Below are positions 37,803 to 47,497 of a stretch of 64,000 bases of DNA, piece after piece. This stretch comes from Dehalococcoidales bacterium (lineage in GTDB: Bacteria > Chloroflexota > Dehalococcoidia > Dehalococcoidales > UBA2162). The notes beneath the pieces are model-generated. The model searched no databases and was not told the DNA's origin. It worked only from the letters and a program-made list of their open reading frames with translations. A program made the position numbers and the translations under genes. Numbering within the stretch: position 1 is the stretch's first letter; every line of letters begins with the position of its first letter. The stretch is taken from positions 4,262 to 68,261 of the forward strand of contig DAOUCV010000021.1 in assembly GCA_034432095.1 (NCBI GenBank). Direction: 5' to 3'.

Positions 37803-39029
37803 ATGGAGTTTAGAATGTCGCGAGAGCAGGAACTCTTCAAGAGGGCTTTGCGAGAGTACTGCCAGAAGAATGTTGAGCCCAGGGCCAGAGCCATAGACGA
37901 AGCCGAGGCTGGCATCCCTGATGACATCATAAAGGGGTTAGCTGAACTAGGTGTTTTCGGCTGCACTATCCCCGAGAAGTATGGCGGTTCGGCTTTGCCG
38001 GGTGAGGAGATGCAATATGCCAACATCGCCATCCAGGAATTGGGCTATGCTGAACTGAGCATGTCTCTCCCGGTTTACGCGTTGCTTACCATTGGTTGGG
38101 GAGGGATGTTCCTGAGTCTTTATGCTAACGAGGAAGTGAAAAGGGAAATATTACCCAGAATAGCTTCGGGTGAGTGGTCCTGGGGAATCAACGTTACTGA
38201 ACCAGGGGGAGGCTCGGATGTAGCCGCTATCAAGACTACAGCCATCAGAAAAGGAGACAAGTTCATCATAAATGGTGAGAAAGCCTATATCAGTTCGGTA
38301 GCCGAGTGTCAGGTGAGGGGAGGGGGACACTGTAGTCTCTTCGTTACCGACCCTGCCAAGGGTATCAGGGGCGGGATGACCCTTTTTGCCACAATACCAA
38401 ACCAGCTTAAGGGTATAACCAGCACCACCTACAAGGATATGGGGCGGATGGGTCTCTCTACCGGGGGATTCACCTATAAAGACACGGAGATTTCGGATAA
38501 GTATATCCTTGGCGAGGAAGGGAGGGGCTTCTACCGTTGTATGGAGGGCTTTAATATCGCCAGAGCCGTGGTTTCGGCTGCCTGTCTGGGTGGTGCTGAG
38601 AAAATGCTGGAAATAGCCGTTGAGTACGCTAGGCAGAGAAAGGCATTTGGTCGGCCGATAGGCAAGTTTCAAGGTGTATCTTTCATTCTAGCTGAGCTCC
38701 AGACCCGTCTGGACATGCTCAAACTCCTGCTGCAAAAGGGATGCTGGATGATAGATAAGTACTACAGCGACCCGGGCAGCTTCACCCAGAAAGAGATAAA
38801 TGTGGTCATTGCCCAGTGCAAGTGGCTGGCTCCCGAGCTGGCGGTGGAGGTTGCCAGGAGAGCCATCCAGATACTCGGTGGCTTTGGCTATACCAAAGAA
38901 TCTCCCCTCGAGATGGGCATGAGAGGGGCTATGTCCTACGTTGCCGGGGCTGAAGGAGCCGAGAATATCATGAAGCAGATTATTGCCAGAGACGCTTTTG
39001 GTGAAGAGTTCGTCGCCACCCGTCTATAA
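37803..39029 (+). CDS. acyl-CoA dehydrogenase
   Basis: 408 aa with an ACAD-typical N-terminus (REQELFKRALREYCQKNVEPRARAIDE...GIPDDIIKGLAELGVFG) and C-terminal QILGGFGYTKE. RBS AGGAGG. A TGcTATGAT extended -10 lies at 37751-37759. Confidence 0.9.
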   Translation: MEFRMSREQELFKRALREYCQKNVEPRARAIDEAEAGIPDDIIKGLAELGVFGCTIPEKYGGSALPGEEMQYANIAIQELGYAELSMSLPVYALLTIGWGGMFLSLYANEEVKREILPRIASGEWSWGINVTEPGGGSDVAAIKTTAIRKGDKFIINGEKAYISSVAECQVRGGGHCSLFVTDPAKGIRGGMTLFATIPNQLKGITSTTYKDMGRMGLSTGGFTYKDTEISDKYILGEEGRGFYRCMEGFNIARAVVSAACLGGAEKMLEIAVEYARQRKAFGRPIGKFQGVSFILAELQTRLDMLKLLLQKGCWMIDKYYSDPGSFTQKEINVVIAQCKWLAPELAVEVARRAIQILGGFGYTKESPLEMGMRGAMSYVAGAEGAENIMKQIIARDAFGEEFVATRL

Positions 39030-39071
39030 GGGGGTTAGCCGAAATCTCCGAAAATTCAGCGAGGATAATGC

Positions 39072-40361
39072 GTGGAGAAGTTTGATGTCATCGTAGTTGG
39101 AGGTGGGTTGGCGGGACTTTCAGCCGCTTACTGTTTGGCTAAAGACGGAGCTGGAGTTCTGGTTGTAGAGAGAGGGGATTACTCAGGAGCCAAGAATGTT
39201 ACCGGTGGCAGACTTTACCTGAATCCGGTTAGAGAGGTCCTACCAGATATCTGGGAGCAGGCTCCTCTTGAGAGATATGTCGCCAGAGAGAGAATAAGCC
39301 TGATGGGGGCAAGCTCCTCGGTCTCCATTGAGTTATCAAGCGAAAGGTTCAGGCAGAAACCCTATCACAGCTATACCATCCTCCGTGGCAGGTTTGACCG
39401 ATGGCTTGCGGACAAAGTTGCCAAAGCCGGCGGTATGGTGGTAACGAAGAACAAGGTCGATGACCTGATATTAGAGGATGGAAAGGTCAAGGGGATAGTC
39501 GCCGGGGGAGACAATGTCTATGCCGATGTAGTCCTTGCCGCCGATGGCGTTATGTCTCAAATGGCGGAGAAGGCGGGCTTGAGGGCAAGCCGTAACCCCA
39601 GGGACTTTGCCGTCAGCGTAAAGGAGGTTATTGAACTTGCCCCTCAAACGATAGAGGCACGGTTCAATCTGAAAGAGGGTGAGGGGCTGGCAGAAACATT
39701 CGTTGGTTCCCTGACCAAAGGGATGTTCGGGGGAGGCTTTTTATATACCAATATTAGTAGCCTCTCTCTCGGCATCGTGGTAAGAATACTGGACTTGATG
39801 GCAAAAGACCCTCCCGTTGAATTGCCCCAGCTACTGGAGGACTTCAAGCTCCGTCCTGAAATCAGCCGTCTCATCGCCGGGGGAGAGACCATTGAATACT
39901 CCGCTCATGTGATTCCTGAGGGTGGCATTAACACTCTGCCTCGTCTTTATTCTGATGGCATCTTGCTCGCCGGGGATGCGGCTGGTTTTGCCCTCAACAC
40001 CGGGCTCACGGTTAGGGGGATGGAGTTTGCTATAGCCTCCGGTGTTCTGGCAGCCAAAGCCATCAAAATAGCCCGCAGCAAAAATGATTTCTCCAGTGAG
40101 TCTCTCTCCAGTTATGAAAGCCTGCTGAGGGAAAGTTTTGTCTTAAAGGACCTGCATACTTTTAAGAATGCCCCCCGCTTCTTTGACAATCCCAGGCTCT
40201 TTACCCTTTATCCCCAAACGGTCTGCGATGTTATGGAAAAACTTATGCTTATCGAGGACAAACCGAAGAAGAAAATGTCAAGCACGGTGTTCCGTGAAAT
40301 CAGAAGCAAACTGGGTCTTCTTCCAGTATTGAAGGACGCCTTGCGAGCTTTCAGGATATAA
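39072..40361 (+). CDS. fixC: FAD-dependent oxidoreductase FixC (ETF:quinone oxidoreductase-like)
   Basis: FDVIVVGGGLAGLSAAYCLAKDG dinucleotide fold, 429 aa. Followed by fixX, etfB and etfA. Confidence 0.85.
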   Translation: MEKFDVIVVGGGLAGLSAAYCLAKDGAGVLVVERGDYSGAKNVTGGRLYLNPVREVLPDIWEQAPLERYVARERISLMGASSSVSIELSSERFRQKPYHSYTILRGRFDRWLADKVAKAGGMVVTKNKVDDLILEDGKVKGIVAGGDNVYADVVLAADGVMSQMAEKAGLRASRNPRDFAVSVKEVIELAPQTIEARFNLKEGEGLAETFVGSLTKGMFGGGFLYTNISSLSLGIVVRILDLMAKDPPVELPQLLEDFKLRPEISRLIAGGETIEYSAHVIPEGGINTLPRLYSDGILLAGDAAGFALNTGLTVRGMEFAIASGVLAAKAIKIARSKNDFSSESLSSYESLLRESFVLKDLHTFKNAPRFFDNPRLFTLYPQTVCDVMEKLMLIEDKPKKKMSSTVFREIRSKLGLLPVLKDALRAFRI

Positions 40362-40363
40362 AA

Positions 40364-40642
40364 ATGGCGGTAAACATAAAAGCAAAACTGGGTCTGGATA
40401 CCATCAAGGCTGATACCCAAAAGCACATCAGCATTGACCGAAAGATATGTAAGGGCTGTAAAGAGCGTTATTGTCTCTATGTATGCCCGGCAAAGGTCTA
40501 TACCTTGAACAGGGATGGTGAGATTGAGCTGGACCTCGATGGATGTCTGGAGTGTGGAACTTGCAAGATTGCTTGTGTGAGAAATGCGGTGGACTGGAAT
40601 TACCCCAGGGGCGGGTTCGGCGTCCAGTACAAGTATGGCTAG
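40364..40642 (+). CDS. fixX: ferredoxin-like protein FixX
   Basis: 92 aa with CKGCKERYCLYVCP and CLECGTCKIAC. Confidence 0.85.
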   Translation: MAVNIKAKLGLDTIKADTQKHISIDRKICKGCKERYCLYVCPAKVYTLNRDGEIELDLDGCLECGTCKIACVRNAVDWNYPRGGFGVQYKYG

Positions 40643-40669
40643 TAAAACCAGAAAGGAAGGGCAAAGAAT

Positions 40670-41452
40670 ATGGACTTAATTGTATGTTTAAAACAGAATG
40701 TTGATATGAAACAGATTCGGATTAAAAAGGATACCAGAGAGCCGGTATTGGAGGGGCTGCCGCTCGTGTTTGGCGATATGGACAAGAACGCCCTTGAGGA
40801 AGCGGTAAGAATTAAGGAGAAGGAGGGGGGCAAGGTAATCGCACTATCCGTAGGCTCGCCAAAACTCAGGGATACCATTAAGGATGCCCTGGCTGCCGGA
40901 GCCGATGAAGCCGTTATTCTCATCGACCCGCTGTTCAGTAACCTCGATTCGGCGAGAACGGCTAAGGTCTTGGCTAAAGCCATAAAGAAAATTGGAAAGT
41001 ACGACCTTATCCTTCTGGCTGAGGGCTCCACCGACAATTACTCCGGTCAGATGGGCTCAAGATTGGCTGAGCTTCTGGATTTACCGGCGATTACCTATGT
41101 CCGACAATTGGAGCATACTGGTAGTAAAGTGAGGGCGACCCGAAATATGGAGGAGAGTTTTGAGGTCGTAGAGGCTGAGCTCCCGGCGTTGATTACCGTC
41201 ACCAGCGGCATAAACGAGCCGAGGATTCCCTCCTTAATGCAGATTTTGCGGGCGGCAAAGAAGCCGGTACAGGAATGGAAGAGTTCTGATATCGGTATTA
41301 CTGACACAGAGCTTGGAGATATGGATACGGAAATACTGAGTAATCTAGCCCCGGTGGAACAGAGAAAGAAGGTCATCTTCGAAGGTAAGCTGGATGAAGA
41401 TATTGTTAGTCTGGTCAATTCGCTTATCAAGGAGGGAGTACTGGGAGGCTAA
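40670..41452 (+). CDS. etfB: electron transfer flavoprotein beta subunit (FixA/EtfB)
   Basis: IVCLKQ...DKNALEEAVRIKE...DLILLAEGSTDNYSGQMGSRLAELLDLPAITYV. Confidence 0.9.
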   Translation: MDLIVCLKQNVDMKQIRIKKDTREPVLEGLPLVFGDMDKNALEEAVRIKEKEGGKVIALSVGSPKLRDTIKDALAAGADEAVILIDPLFSNLDSARTAKVLAKAIKKIGKYDLILLAEGSTDNYSGQMGSRLAELLDLPAITYVRQLEHTGSKVRATRNMEESFEVVEAELPALITVTSGINEPRIPSLMQILRAAKKPVQEWKSSDIGITDTELGDMDTEILSNLAPVEQRKKVIFEGKLDEDIVSLVNSLIKEGVLGG

Positions 41453-41454
41453 CT

Positions 41455-42411
41455 ATGAGGGAGATGCTAGTTTTTTGTGAGAAAGATGAGGTTGCCTTTG
41501 AGCTTTTGTCCTGGGGTAGCAAGGTTAAAGACAGCCTGAAGGCTAAGCTTTCAGCGGCAGTCTTGGGGAAGGGTGGACAAGAAAAGGTAACTGACTACCT
41601 TGCCTACGGTGCTGATAAAGTATATCTAGCCAAGGACGCCTTGCTCACCGACTTCTACGCTGATGTCTACACCGAAGCCCTTTGTCAGATAGTGAGTAGC
41701 TATGGGCCGGAGATTATACTCATCGGTTGCACACGGAGAGGTAAGGAGCTGGCGCCCAGGGTAGCTCAGAGATTGGGAGCGGGCTACGTTAGCAGTGCCA
41801 CTGGCATCCAGGTCAAAGATGGAGAATTATTGATAGATAGATACATGCTGGGGGGAAACACCGTGTCGTCCCAGCTCATCAAGACAGCAAAAAAGGTGGT
41901 CTCGGTGATGCCGAAGACCTTTGAGCTGGGTAAGAAAGAAACGAGGCAGGGCGAAGTTATTGAGGTTCCTCTGAAGCTTAAAGAGCCGAGGCTTAAAATA
42001 GTGGAGAAAAAGCCAAAGGGAGGTGAAACGGTCAGTCTGGAGGAAGCCCAGACTCTGGTCTGTGTCGGCAGAGGGCTGAATAAGAAGGAGGACCTGCCCC
42101 TTATTGAAGCGCTGGCGAAAGCCTTGAAGGCTGAGATAGGCGGTACTCGACCACTTACCCACGAATGGCAATGGTTATCCGAGGAGAGGGAGGTGGGTCT
42201 ATCAGGTAAGAAGTGTAAACCCCGCCTCTACGTCTCCATCGGAATTTCCGGCCAGATTCAGCATACGGTGGGGATTCGCGATGCCAAAATTATCGTAGCC
42301 ATCAATAAAGACAAGAACGCCCCCATATTTGACATAACTGACTACGGGATAGTGGGAGACCTTTATCAGGTATTACCCAAGCTCACCGAGAAAATCCAGA
42401 GCGCCTCGTAG
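41455..42411 (+). CDS. etfA: electron transfer flavoprotein alpha subunit (FixB/EtfA)
   Basis: VGRGL...GGTRPL...GLSGKKCKPRLYVSIGISGQIQHTVGIRDAKIIVAINKDKNAPIF. Confidence 0.9.
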   Translation: MREMLVFCEKDEVAFELLSWGSKVKDSLKAKLSAAVLGKGGQEKVTDYLAYGADKVYLAKDALLTDFYADVYTEALCQIVSSYGPEIILIGCTRRGKELAPRVAQRLGAGYVSSATGIQVKDGELLIDRYMLGGNTVSSQLIKTAKKVVSVMPKTFELGKKETRQGEVIEVPLKLKEPRLKIVEKKPKGGETVSLEEAQTLVCVGRGLNKKEDLPLIEALAKALKAEIGGTRPLTHEWQWLSEEREVGLSGKKCKPRLYVSIGISGQIQHTVGIRDAKIIVAINKDKNAPIFDITDYGIVGDLYQVLPKLTEKIQSAS

Positions 42412-42432
42412 GCTGTTTAGCCCGGGTCATTT

Positions 42433-42466
42433 AGAGAGGGCAGGGGATGAATCCCCTGCCCTCTCT
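42433..42466. terminator. perfect 15-bp stem / 4-nt loop hairpin between convergent etfA and the crotonase gene
   Basis: agagagggcagggga tgaa tcccctgccctctct. Confidence 0.65.
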
Positions 42467-42571
42467 TGCTGTCGGGGGCACACTCTAGCTAATCAACGGA
42501 CTTGAACAGCCGGGTAAGCCCGCCCGGCGTTCTCGGCTTATAGATGCGGACGGCATTACCACCAGCCGCTC

Positions 42572-43423
42572 TTACTTATATTTTTTCTCTGACCAGTGTC
42601 TTTCCCCCGGTGCACCCTTAAATTGTGGTGCTCTCTTCTCGATGAAAGACATTACTCCTTCTTTCATGTCGTCACGAAATTGGGTCATCAGTATCTCATC
42701 GGCTTGCATTTCAGCCCGCCCGACGGCTTCTATGCTCATCGAAAGGCCTTCATTCACCAGCCTCTTAATCAAACTTATTGCCTTGGCCGGGCCCCGGGCG
42801 AGCTTTTCGGCAAATTCCTTTACCCTCTCCTCAAATTCATCGGCGGGATAGACGTGGTTCACCAGTCCCCACTCCTGGGCTTGCCGGGCATCAATAAGCT
42901 CGCCCAGCATCAGCATTTCCTTGGCCCGGTGTGGACCTATAAGCCGCGGTAGCAACCATTGCCCGTAGCCGGAAGAGACGAACCCTCTCCTGATGAAGAA
43001 TTCACCGAAAGAGGCATTCTCGGAAGCCAATATTATGTCGCTCTCCAGCACAATGCTTAAGCCCCCGCCGACTGCCACACCATTAACGGCGGCTATCACC
43101 GGCTTGGGTAAATCCCATAACTCAAGACCAATCTCCCAGGGTGACCCGCTGGGAGCGCCCTCCTCTCCTCTGGGTCCACCTCTAAATTCCCCCCGGACCG
43201 CTTGAGCCTGTTCGCGCACATCCCTCCCGGCGGCAAAGCCGCGCCCTTTCCCGGTTACCACCATCACTCTCACTTCGTCATCGTAGCGTACCTGTCTAAT
43301 TGCCCGGTGGAATTCTACGTGTAACGCCTGGCTTAATGCGTTCAGCACCTCAGGACGGTTAAAAATTACCCAGGCTACGCCATTCTCTTTTTTGAAAATT
43401 AGGTCTTTATATTCGTATGCCAT
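42572..43423 (-). CDS. enoyl-CoA hydratase/isomerase family protein
   Basis: VAWVIFNRPEVLNALS...VMVVTGKGRGFAAGRD...PVIAAVNGVAVGGG. Confidence 0.85.
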   Translation of the reverse strand: MAYEYKDLIFKKENGVAWVIFNRPEVLNALSQALHVEFHRAIRQVRYDDEVRVMVVTGKGRGFAAGRDVREQAQAVRGEFRGGPRGEEGAPSGSPWEIGLELWDLPKPVIAAVNGVAVGGGLSIVLESDIILASENASFGEFFIRRGFVSSGYGQWLLPRLIGPHRAKEMLMLGELIDARQAQEWGLVNHVYPADEFEERVKEFAEKLARGPAKAISLIKRLVNEGLSMSIEAVGRAEMQADEILMTQFRDDMKEGVMSFIEKRAPQFKGAPGERHWSEKKYK

Positions 43424-43687
43424 GCTATTCCCTTCTTTCCTCTAATTAAATTTCTTTAAAAAGTTCTGCTTAACTTTGCCTCTCTCACCTCCTTGTCTGA
43501 TGTGGTGGACATGCAAACGCTATCAACCTGAGTGTAATTCGTCCTTTTGGTAGATAGCTATGTTAACATTTCCCTCCCGGGTTTTCAATGAATATCCAGA
43601 GGGGGTTAAAGAGGGGTGCTCGCCCTTCTTCAAAAACTTCCCCCTCTCCTTTTAAGGAACTGGTTACTGGAGAGTTGCCCGGCAGGT

Positions 43688-43717
43688 TTGACAAGCTAAT
43701 GTAGTTCCTGTTACAGT
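43688..43717 (+). promoter_or_regulatory. sigma70-like promoter of the aorA/aorB-like operon
   Basis: TTGACA (43688-43693), 18-nt spacer, TACAGT (43712-43717). This leaves only ~10-15 nt of leader and no SD before ATG 43735. Confidence 0.45.
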
Positions 43718-43734
43718 ATTTAACCAGATAAATT

Positions 43735-44286
43735 ATGGAAGAGAAGATTATCGTATTTGACCCGGTTCTATGCACCGGGTGTATGCGTTGCATGACCACC
43801 TGTTCCACCTATAATGTTGGTGCGACAAGCCTATCCAAATCCCGCATTCATATTGTGAGACACGAGGGGCACGCTATTACTAGGATAGATGAAGAGGATG
43901 AGCTCATCTTTGAAGCTCTTACCTGTCGGCAGTGTGATAAGCCATATTGCCTGTATTTCTGTCCGGTGCAGGCTATTGAGAAAAACAGGGACACAGGAGC
44001 CATAACCATCAACTACGATAGATGCATCGGTTGCCGGATGTGTATGGTCGGCTGCCCTTTTGGTGCGGTTCTCTACGATGCCGGCAGAAAACGGGTTATG
44101 AAATGCGAGTTCTGCGGTGGAGACCCGCAGTGTGTGAAGTTTTGTCCCACCGGTGCCCTACAGTTCCTGCCCAAAGGTCTTGCCCAGATACCCAAAATAG
44201 ACCGCCTGGCTAGAAAAATAATTGAGCTTCGGCCGAGAGCCACCGAAGAAATCCCTGCTGGAGAGAGGAAAAATGTCAGTCCCTAA
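43735..44286 (+). CDS. poly-[4Fe-4S] ferredoxin-type electron-transfer subunit (AorA / DmsB-like)
   Basis: Four Cys groups: CTGCMRCMTTC, CRQCDKPYCLYFCP, CIGCRMCMVGCP and CEFCGGDPQCVKFCP. Confidence 0.85.
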   Translation: MEEKIIVFDPVLCTGCMRCMTTCSTYNVGATSLSKSRIHIVRHEGHAITRIDEEDELIFEALTCRQCDKPYCLYFCPVQAIEKNRDTGAITINYDRCIGCRMCMVGCPFGAVLYDAGRKRVMKCEFCGGDPQCVKFCPTGALQFLPKGLAQIPKIDRLARKIIELRPRATEEIPAGERKNVSP

Positions 44287-46276
44287 GGGATATGCGGGAA
44301 ATGTAGCCCTAATAGATTTGGGAAAGCAGGAAGCGCAGGTATTGCCTACTGAGAAGTTCTGGAGGGACTACCGTATTGACCCCAGGCTCTGGCTGGGGGG
44401 TGACGGTTTTATCACCAAGGTTCTCTGGCAGGATTTCCCCATGGCGATAGACCCCCTCAGTCCGGAAAATGAAATCATCATTGCTACCGGTCCGTGGACG
44501 GCTACCGCCGCCCCTCAGGCAGGACGAGCCATGCTGGGCTGCGTCAGCCCCGAGACCGGCGGCTTTTCTTCAGGGGCGTTCGGGTGGTACTTCCCCGCAG
44601 CTGTTAAGTATGCCGGGTTTGATATGGTGATTATCCGGGGTAAGGCCAAAGAGCCGGTTTATATTTTCATTGATGACAGGGACATAACATTCCATGACGC
44701 TTCTCACATCTGGGGGAAGGAGACCGGCGAAACGGTCAAAATGATTAGGGAGGAGTTGGGCGAGCGCTACGAGAGCGAAATCCGTGTTTTAAGTATTTCC
44801 ACCGCCGGGGAGAACTTGGTCAAGTATGCGGCACCGTGTGCTGATGGTACTTCCTGCCCCGGGCGGTCGGGCGGTGGTGCCGTCATGGGGTCAAAGAACC
44901 TCAAGGCAATCGCCGCTCGGGGCACAGGCGAAATCTCAGTATATGACTCTCGTGGGCTGCTGGAGTCCTCTTATAACGCCGTCAAATTCTTCCTCGAAGA
45001 GGAACCAACCATAAAGCTATGGCAGGAGCAGGGGAGCTCCACAAGTATGTCAACGACCACTAACTGGCCGCTCCACGGAGGGATGCTGGCGGAAAACCGC
45101 AAAGCGGCTGACTATCCTCACCTGAAGAATGCGGGGTGCCTTAACTGTTTCGCACCCTGTTACCACTGGCTTCAAATCAAAGAGGGGAAATACGCCGGAC
45201 TGAGGCAGCTCGGCGGTCATATGACCTTCCTTACCACCGCTCTGCGCAATCTTGACATTAAAGAGTTTAATGACTGGATCTACTACGAGCGGTTGATGCA
45301 AGAGCTTGGTATAGACCCTGCCTCGTTTTCTATGGCTTTTTCTTTTGCTGTTGACCTATTTGACAAGGGGTTTCTCAAGACTGGCGATACTGATGGTCTG
45401 ACGCTGAGACGTGGTGACGCCGACTTAATATGGGAGGTAGCACGGAAAGTAGCCCACCGTGATGGAAAGCTGGGCAACCTATTAGCTGACGGCGTGGCTG
45501 AGATGGGCAGAAAATTTGGTTCTGAAGCAGAAGCAATTATGCCCCAGACAGTGAAGGGTAAACCCTCCATACAGCGGGATTCAAAGCTTCAGGCATTAAT
45601 CTGGTCTTTTGGCGCCCTGACCAACCCGCGGGGAGGCGATTGGCTCCGCCTCCACAATGTCTGGGAGCTGGCTTTCCTGCCCGAAAACAGAGATACCTAT
45701 CCCAAGTACATCGGTAAAAGCAACCTTGAAATGTACCAGAGATGTGTAGAATTGCTGGATATGCCCGATGACTTGAAGAAGGAAATATTCGGCGACCCTC
45801 CTAAAGTTGACGCCGATTGGGTGAGAGGCACCAGGGGGAAGGCCCGGTTCTCGGTATGGTCGGAGGACTTTGTCTCACTCTTCAACACGCTGGTAACCTG
45901 TATGTTTGGTGCTGCCACCCAGTTTATGATGGTAGGCTTTGGTCCCACAACTTATGCCGAGATCCTAAACAAGATTACCGGCTGGGATGTAACCTATGAA
46001 GAGCTGATGAAGGTGGGGGAGAGGGTTTTTAACCTGCAGCGGGTATTCAACTACAGATTAAAGGGGTGGGACTACCGGGATGACAGGTTTGCTGACCGGC
46101 TATCCTACGAGCCAGGAACAATTGGCATATATCGAGGGAAATTAGTGCCCTGGGATGCCGTCCTGAAGGAATACTATTCAATTCGAGGCTGGTCAAGCGA
46201 TGGGATTCCCACGAGGACCAAAATAAGTGAATTAAAATTAGACGACGTCGTTGAGGCAGTAAAACTACCAGACTAA
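44273..46276 (+). CDS. aor: aldehyde:ferredoxin oxidoreductase family tungstopterin enzyme
   Basis: GYAGNVALIDL..., LGGDGFITKVL, ATGPWTAT, PGRSGGGAVMGSKNLKAIAARG. ATG 44273 follows GGAGAGAGG; the ORF is open from 44222. Confidence 0.9.
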   Translation: MSVPKGYAGNVALIDLGKQEAQVLPTEKFWRDYRIDPRLWLGGDGFITKVLWQDFPMAIDPLSPENEIIIATGPWTATAAPQAGRAMLGCVSPETGGFSSGAFGWYFPAAVKYAGFDMVIIRGKAKEPVYIFIDDRDITFHDASHIWGKETGETVKMIREELGERYESEIRVLSISTAGENLVKYAAPCADGTSCPGRSGGGAVMGSKNLKAIAARGTGEISVYDSRGLLESSYNAVKFFLEEEPTIKLWQEQGSSTSMSTTTNWPLHGGMLAENRKAADYPHLKNAGCLNCFAPCYHWLQIKEGKYAGLRQLGGHMTFLTTALRNLDIKEFNDWIYYERLMQELGIDPASFSMAFSFAVDLFDKGFLKTGDTDGLTLRRGDADLIWEVARKVAHRDGKLGNLLADGVAEMGRKFGSEAEAIMPQTVKGKPSIQRDSKLQALIWSFGALTNPRGGDWLRLHNVWELAFLPENRDTYPKYIGKSNLEMYQRCVELLDMPDDLKKEIFGDPPKVDADWVRGTRGKARFSVWSEDFVSLFNTLVTCMFGAATQFMMVGFGPTTYAEILNKITGWDVTYEELMKVGERVFNLQRVFNYRLKGWDYRDDRFADRLSYEPGTIGIYRGKLVPWDAVLKEYYSIRGWSSDGIPTRTKISELKLDDVVEAVKLPD

Positions 46277-46323
46277 GCAAAATTCCGGACGACTAACTTG
46301 AATAACAAAGGAGGACGAGTGAG

Positions 46324-47448
46324 ATGGAAAGGTTCCAAAAATTGCTGGAAGACCCTCACAAATACGCTAAAGAATGGAAAGCGAAGACCGGCGGTAAGGT
46401 AATAGGCTACTTTTCCCACTACTTCCCTGAAGAGATTGTTTATGCAGCGGGAGTCCTTCCGGTCAGCATCTTTAGCCAGCCTGACATTGAGGGTATAGCA
46501 CAGCGGTATTTATATGGCGCTTTTTGCCCGTATACACTGGGCATCCTGGCACAGGGATTGAAGGGTAACTATGATTATCTTGACGGAATTGCCCACGCTG
46601 AGAGTTGTATGCCAATACGTGGGGCGGTGGCTAACTGGTGGGACCTGTTGCCCACTCCTTACAAGTACTACATAGCGATGCCTTCCCAACTGGATGAGCC
46701 TAGCGCGAAGAATATGCTGTATTCGGAACTAATGTCTTTCAAGAAAAGCGTAGAAAAGTGGACAGGAAAGACTATCACTGATGAAGCTCTTGACCATGCT
46801 ATAGAAGTCTACAATACCAACCGTACCTTGATGCGACAGGTATACGAACTCCGGCGGATTGATAACCCACCCGTTTCCGGGACAGAAGCCCTGGCTATGG
46901 TGCTATCCAGCCAGATAATGGATAAAGAGGAACATAACAAACTCCTTAAGGATGCCATTAGCAAGCTGTCCCGGCGAAACTTAAAGCATACGGGTCCACG
47001 GTTGATGCTATTAGGTAGCGAAATAAGTGACACCAGGCTGGTAAGTTTGATAGAATCATTAGGGGCGACTGTTGTTATTGATAGGGTCTGTAACGGTAGT
47101 AACTATTTCTGGAACAATGTCATTCCCCAGCATGACCGGATACTTGCCCTTACCTTCAGATATCTGGACAAGCCCCGCCACCCGGTGAAGGACGAATCAT
47201 TCCGGCGTAGAGTAAATGAAATTGTGGCAACGGCTATAGACTACAATGTCCAGGGAGTTGTCTATGCCATAGAGAGGTTCTGCTTGCCACACCAGCAGGA
47301 CCGTCCTCCTATTGTGAAGACGTTCAAGCAAAGGCTTATCCCATTCCATGAAATCGAATATGATGGTACTATCCCTATGGGGGAATTTCAGACTCGTATT
47401 GAAGCCTTTGTTGAGTCAATAAAAGTACCAATAAAGGTAACGGTATAA
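46324..47448 (+). CDS. BcrC/BadD/HgdB family protein (2-hydroxyacyl-CoA dehydratase / benzoyl-CoA reductase D-component-like)
   Basis: GGKVIGYFSHYFPEEIVYAAGVLPV, with conserved Cys positions (FCPY, ESCMP, DRVCNG). Confidence 0.75.
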   Translation: MERFQKLLEDPHKYAKEWKAKTGGKVIGYFSHYFPEEIVYAAGVLPVSIFSQPDIEGIAQRYLYGAFCPYTLGILAQGLKGNYDYLDGIAHAESCMPIRGAVANWWDLLPTPYKYYIAMPSQLDEPSAKNMLYSELMSFKKSVEKWTGKTITDEALDHAIEVYNTNRTLMRQVYELRRIDNPPVSGTEALAMVLSSQIMDKEEHNKLLKDAISKLSRRNLKHTGPRLMLLGSEISDTRLVSLIESLGATVVIDRVCNGSNYFWNNVIPQHDRILALTFRYLDKPRHPVKDESFRRRVNEIVATAIDYNVQGVVYAIERFCLPHQQDRPPIVKTFKQRLIPFHEIEYDGTIPMGEFQTRIEAFVESIKVPIKVTV

Positions 47449-47497
47449 CGGGGAGGATTTCTAAAACCCGGAGAGAAATTTTAGAGGAGGTGTACAG

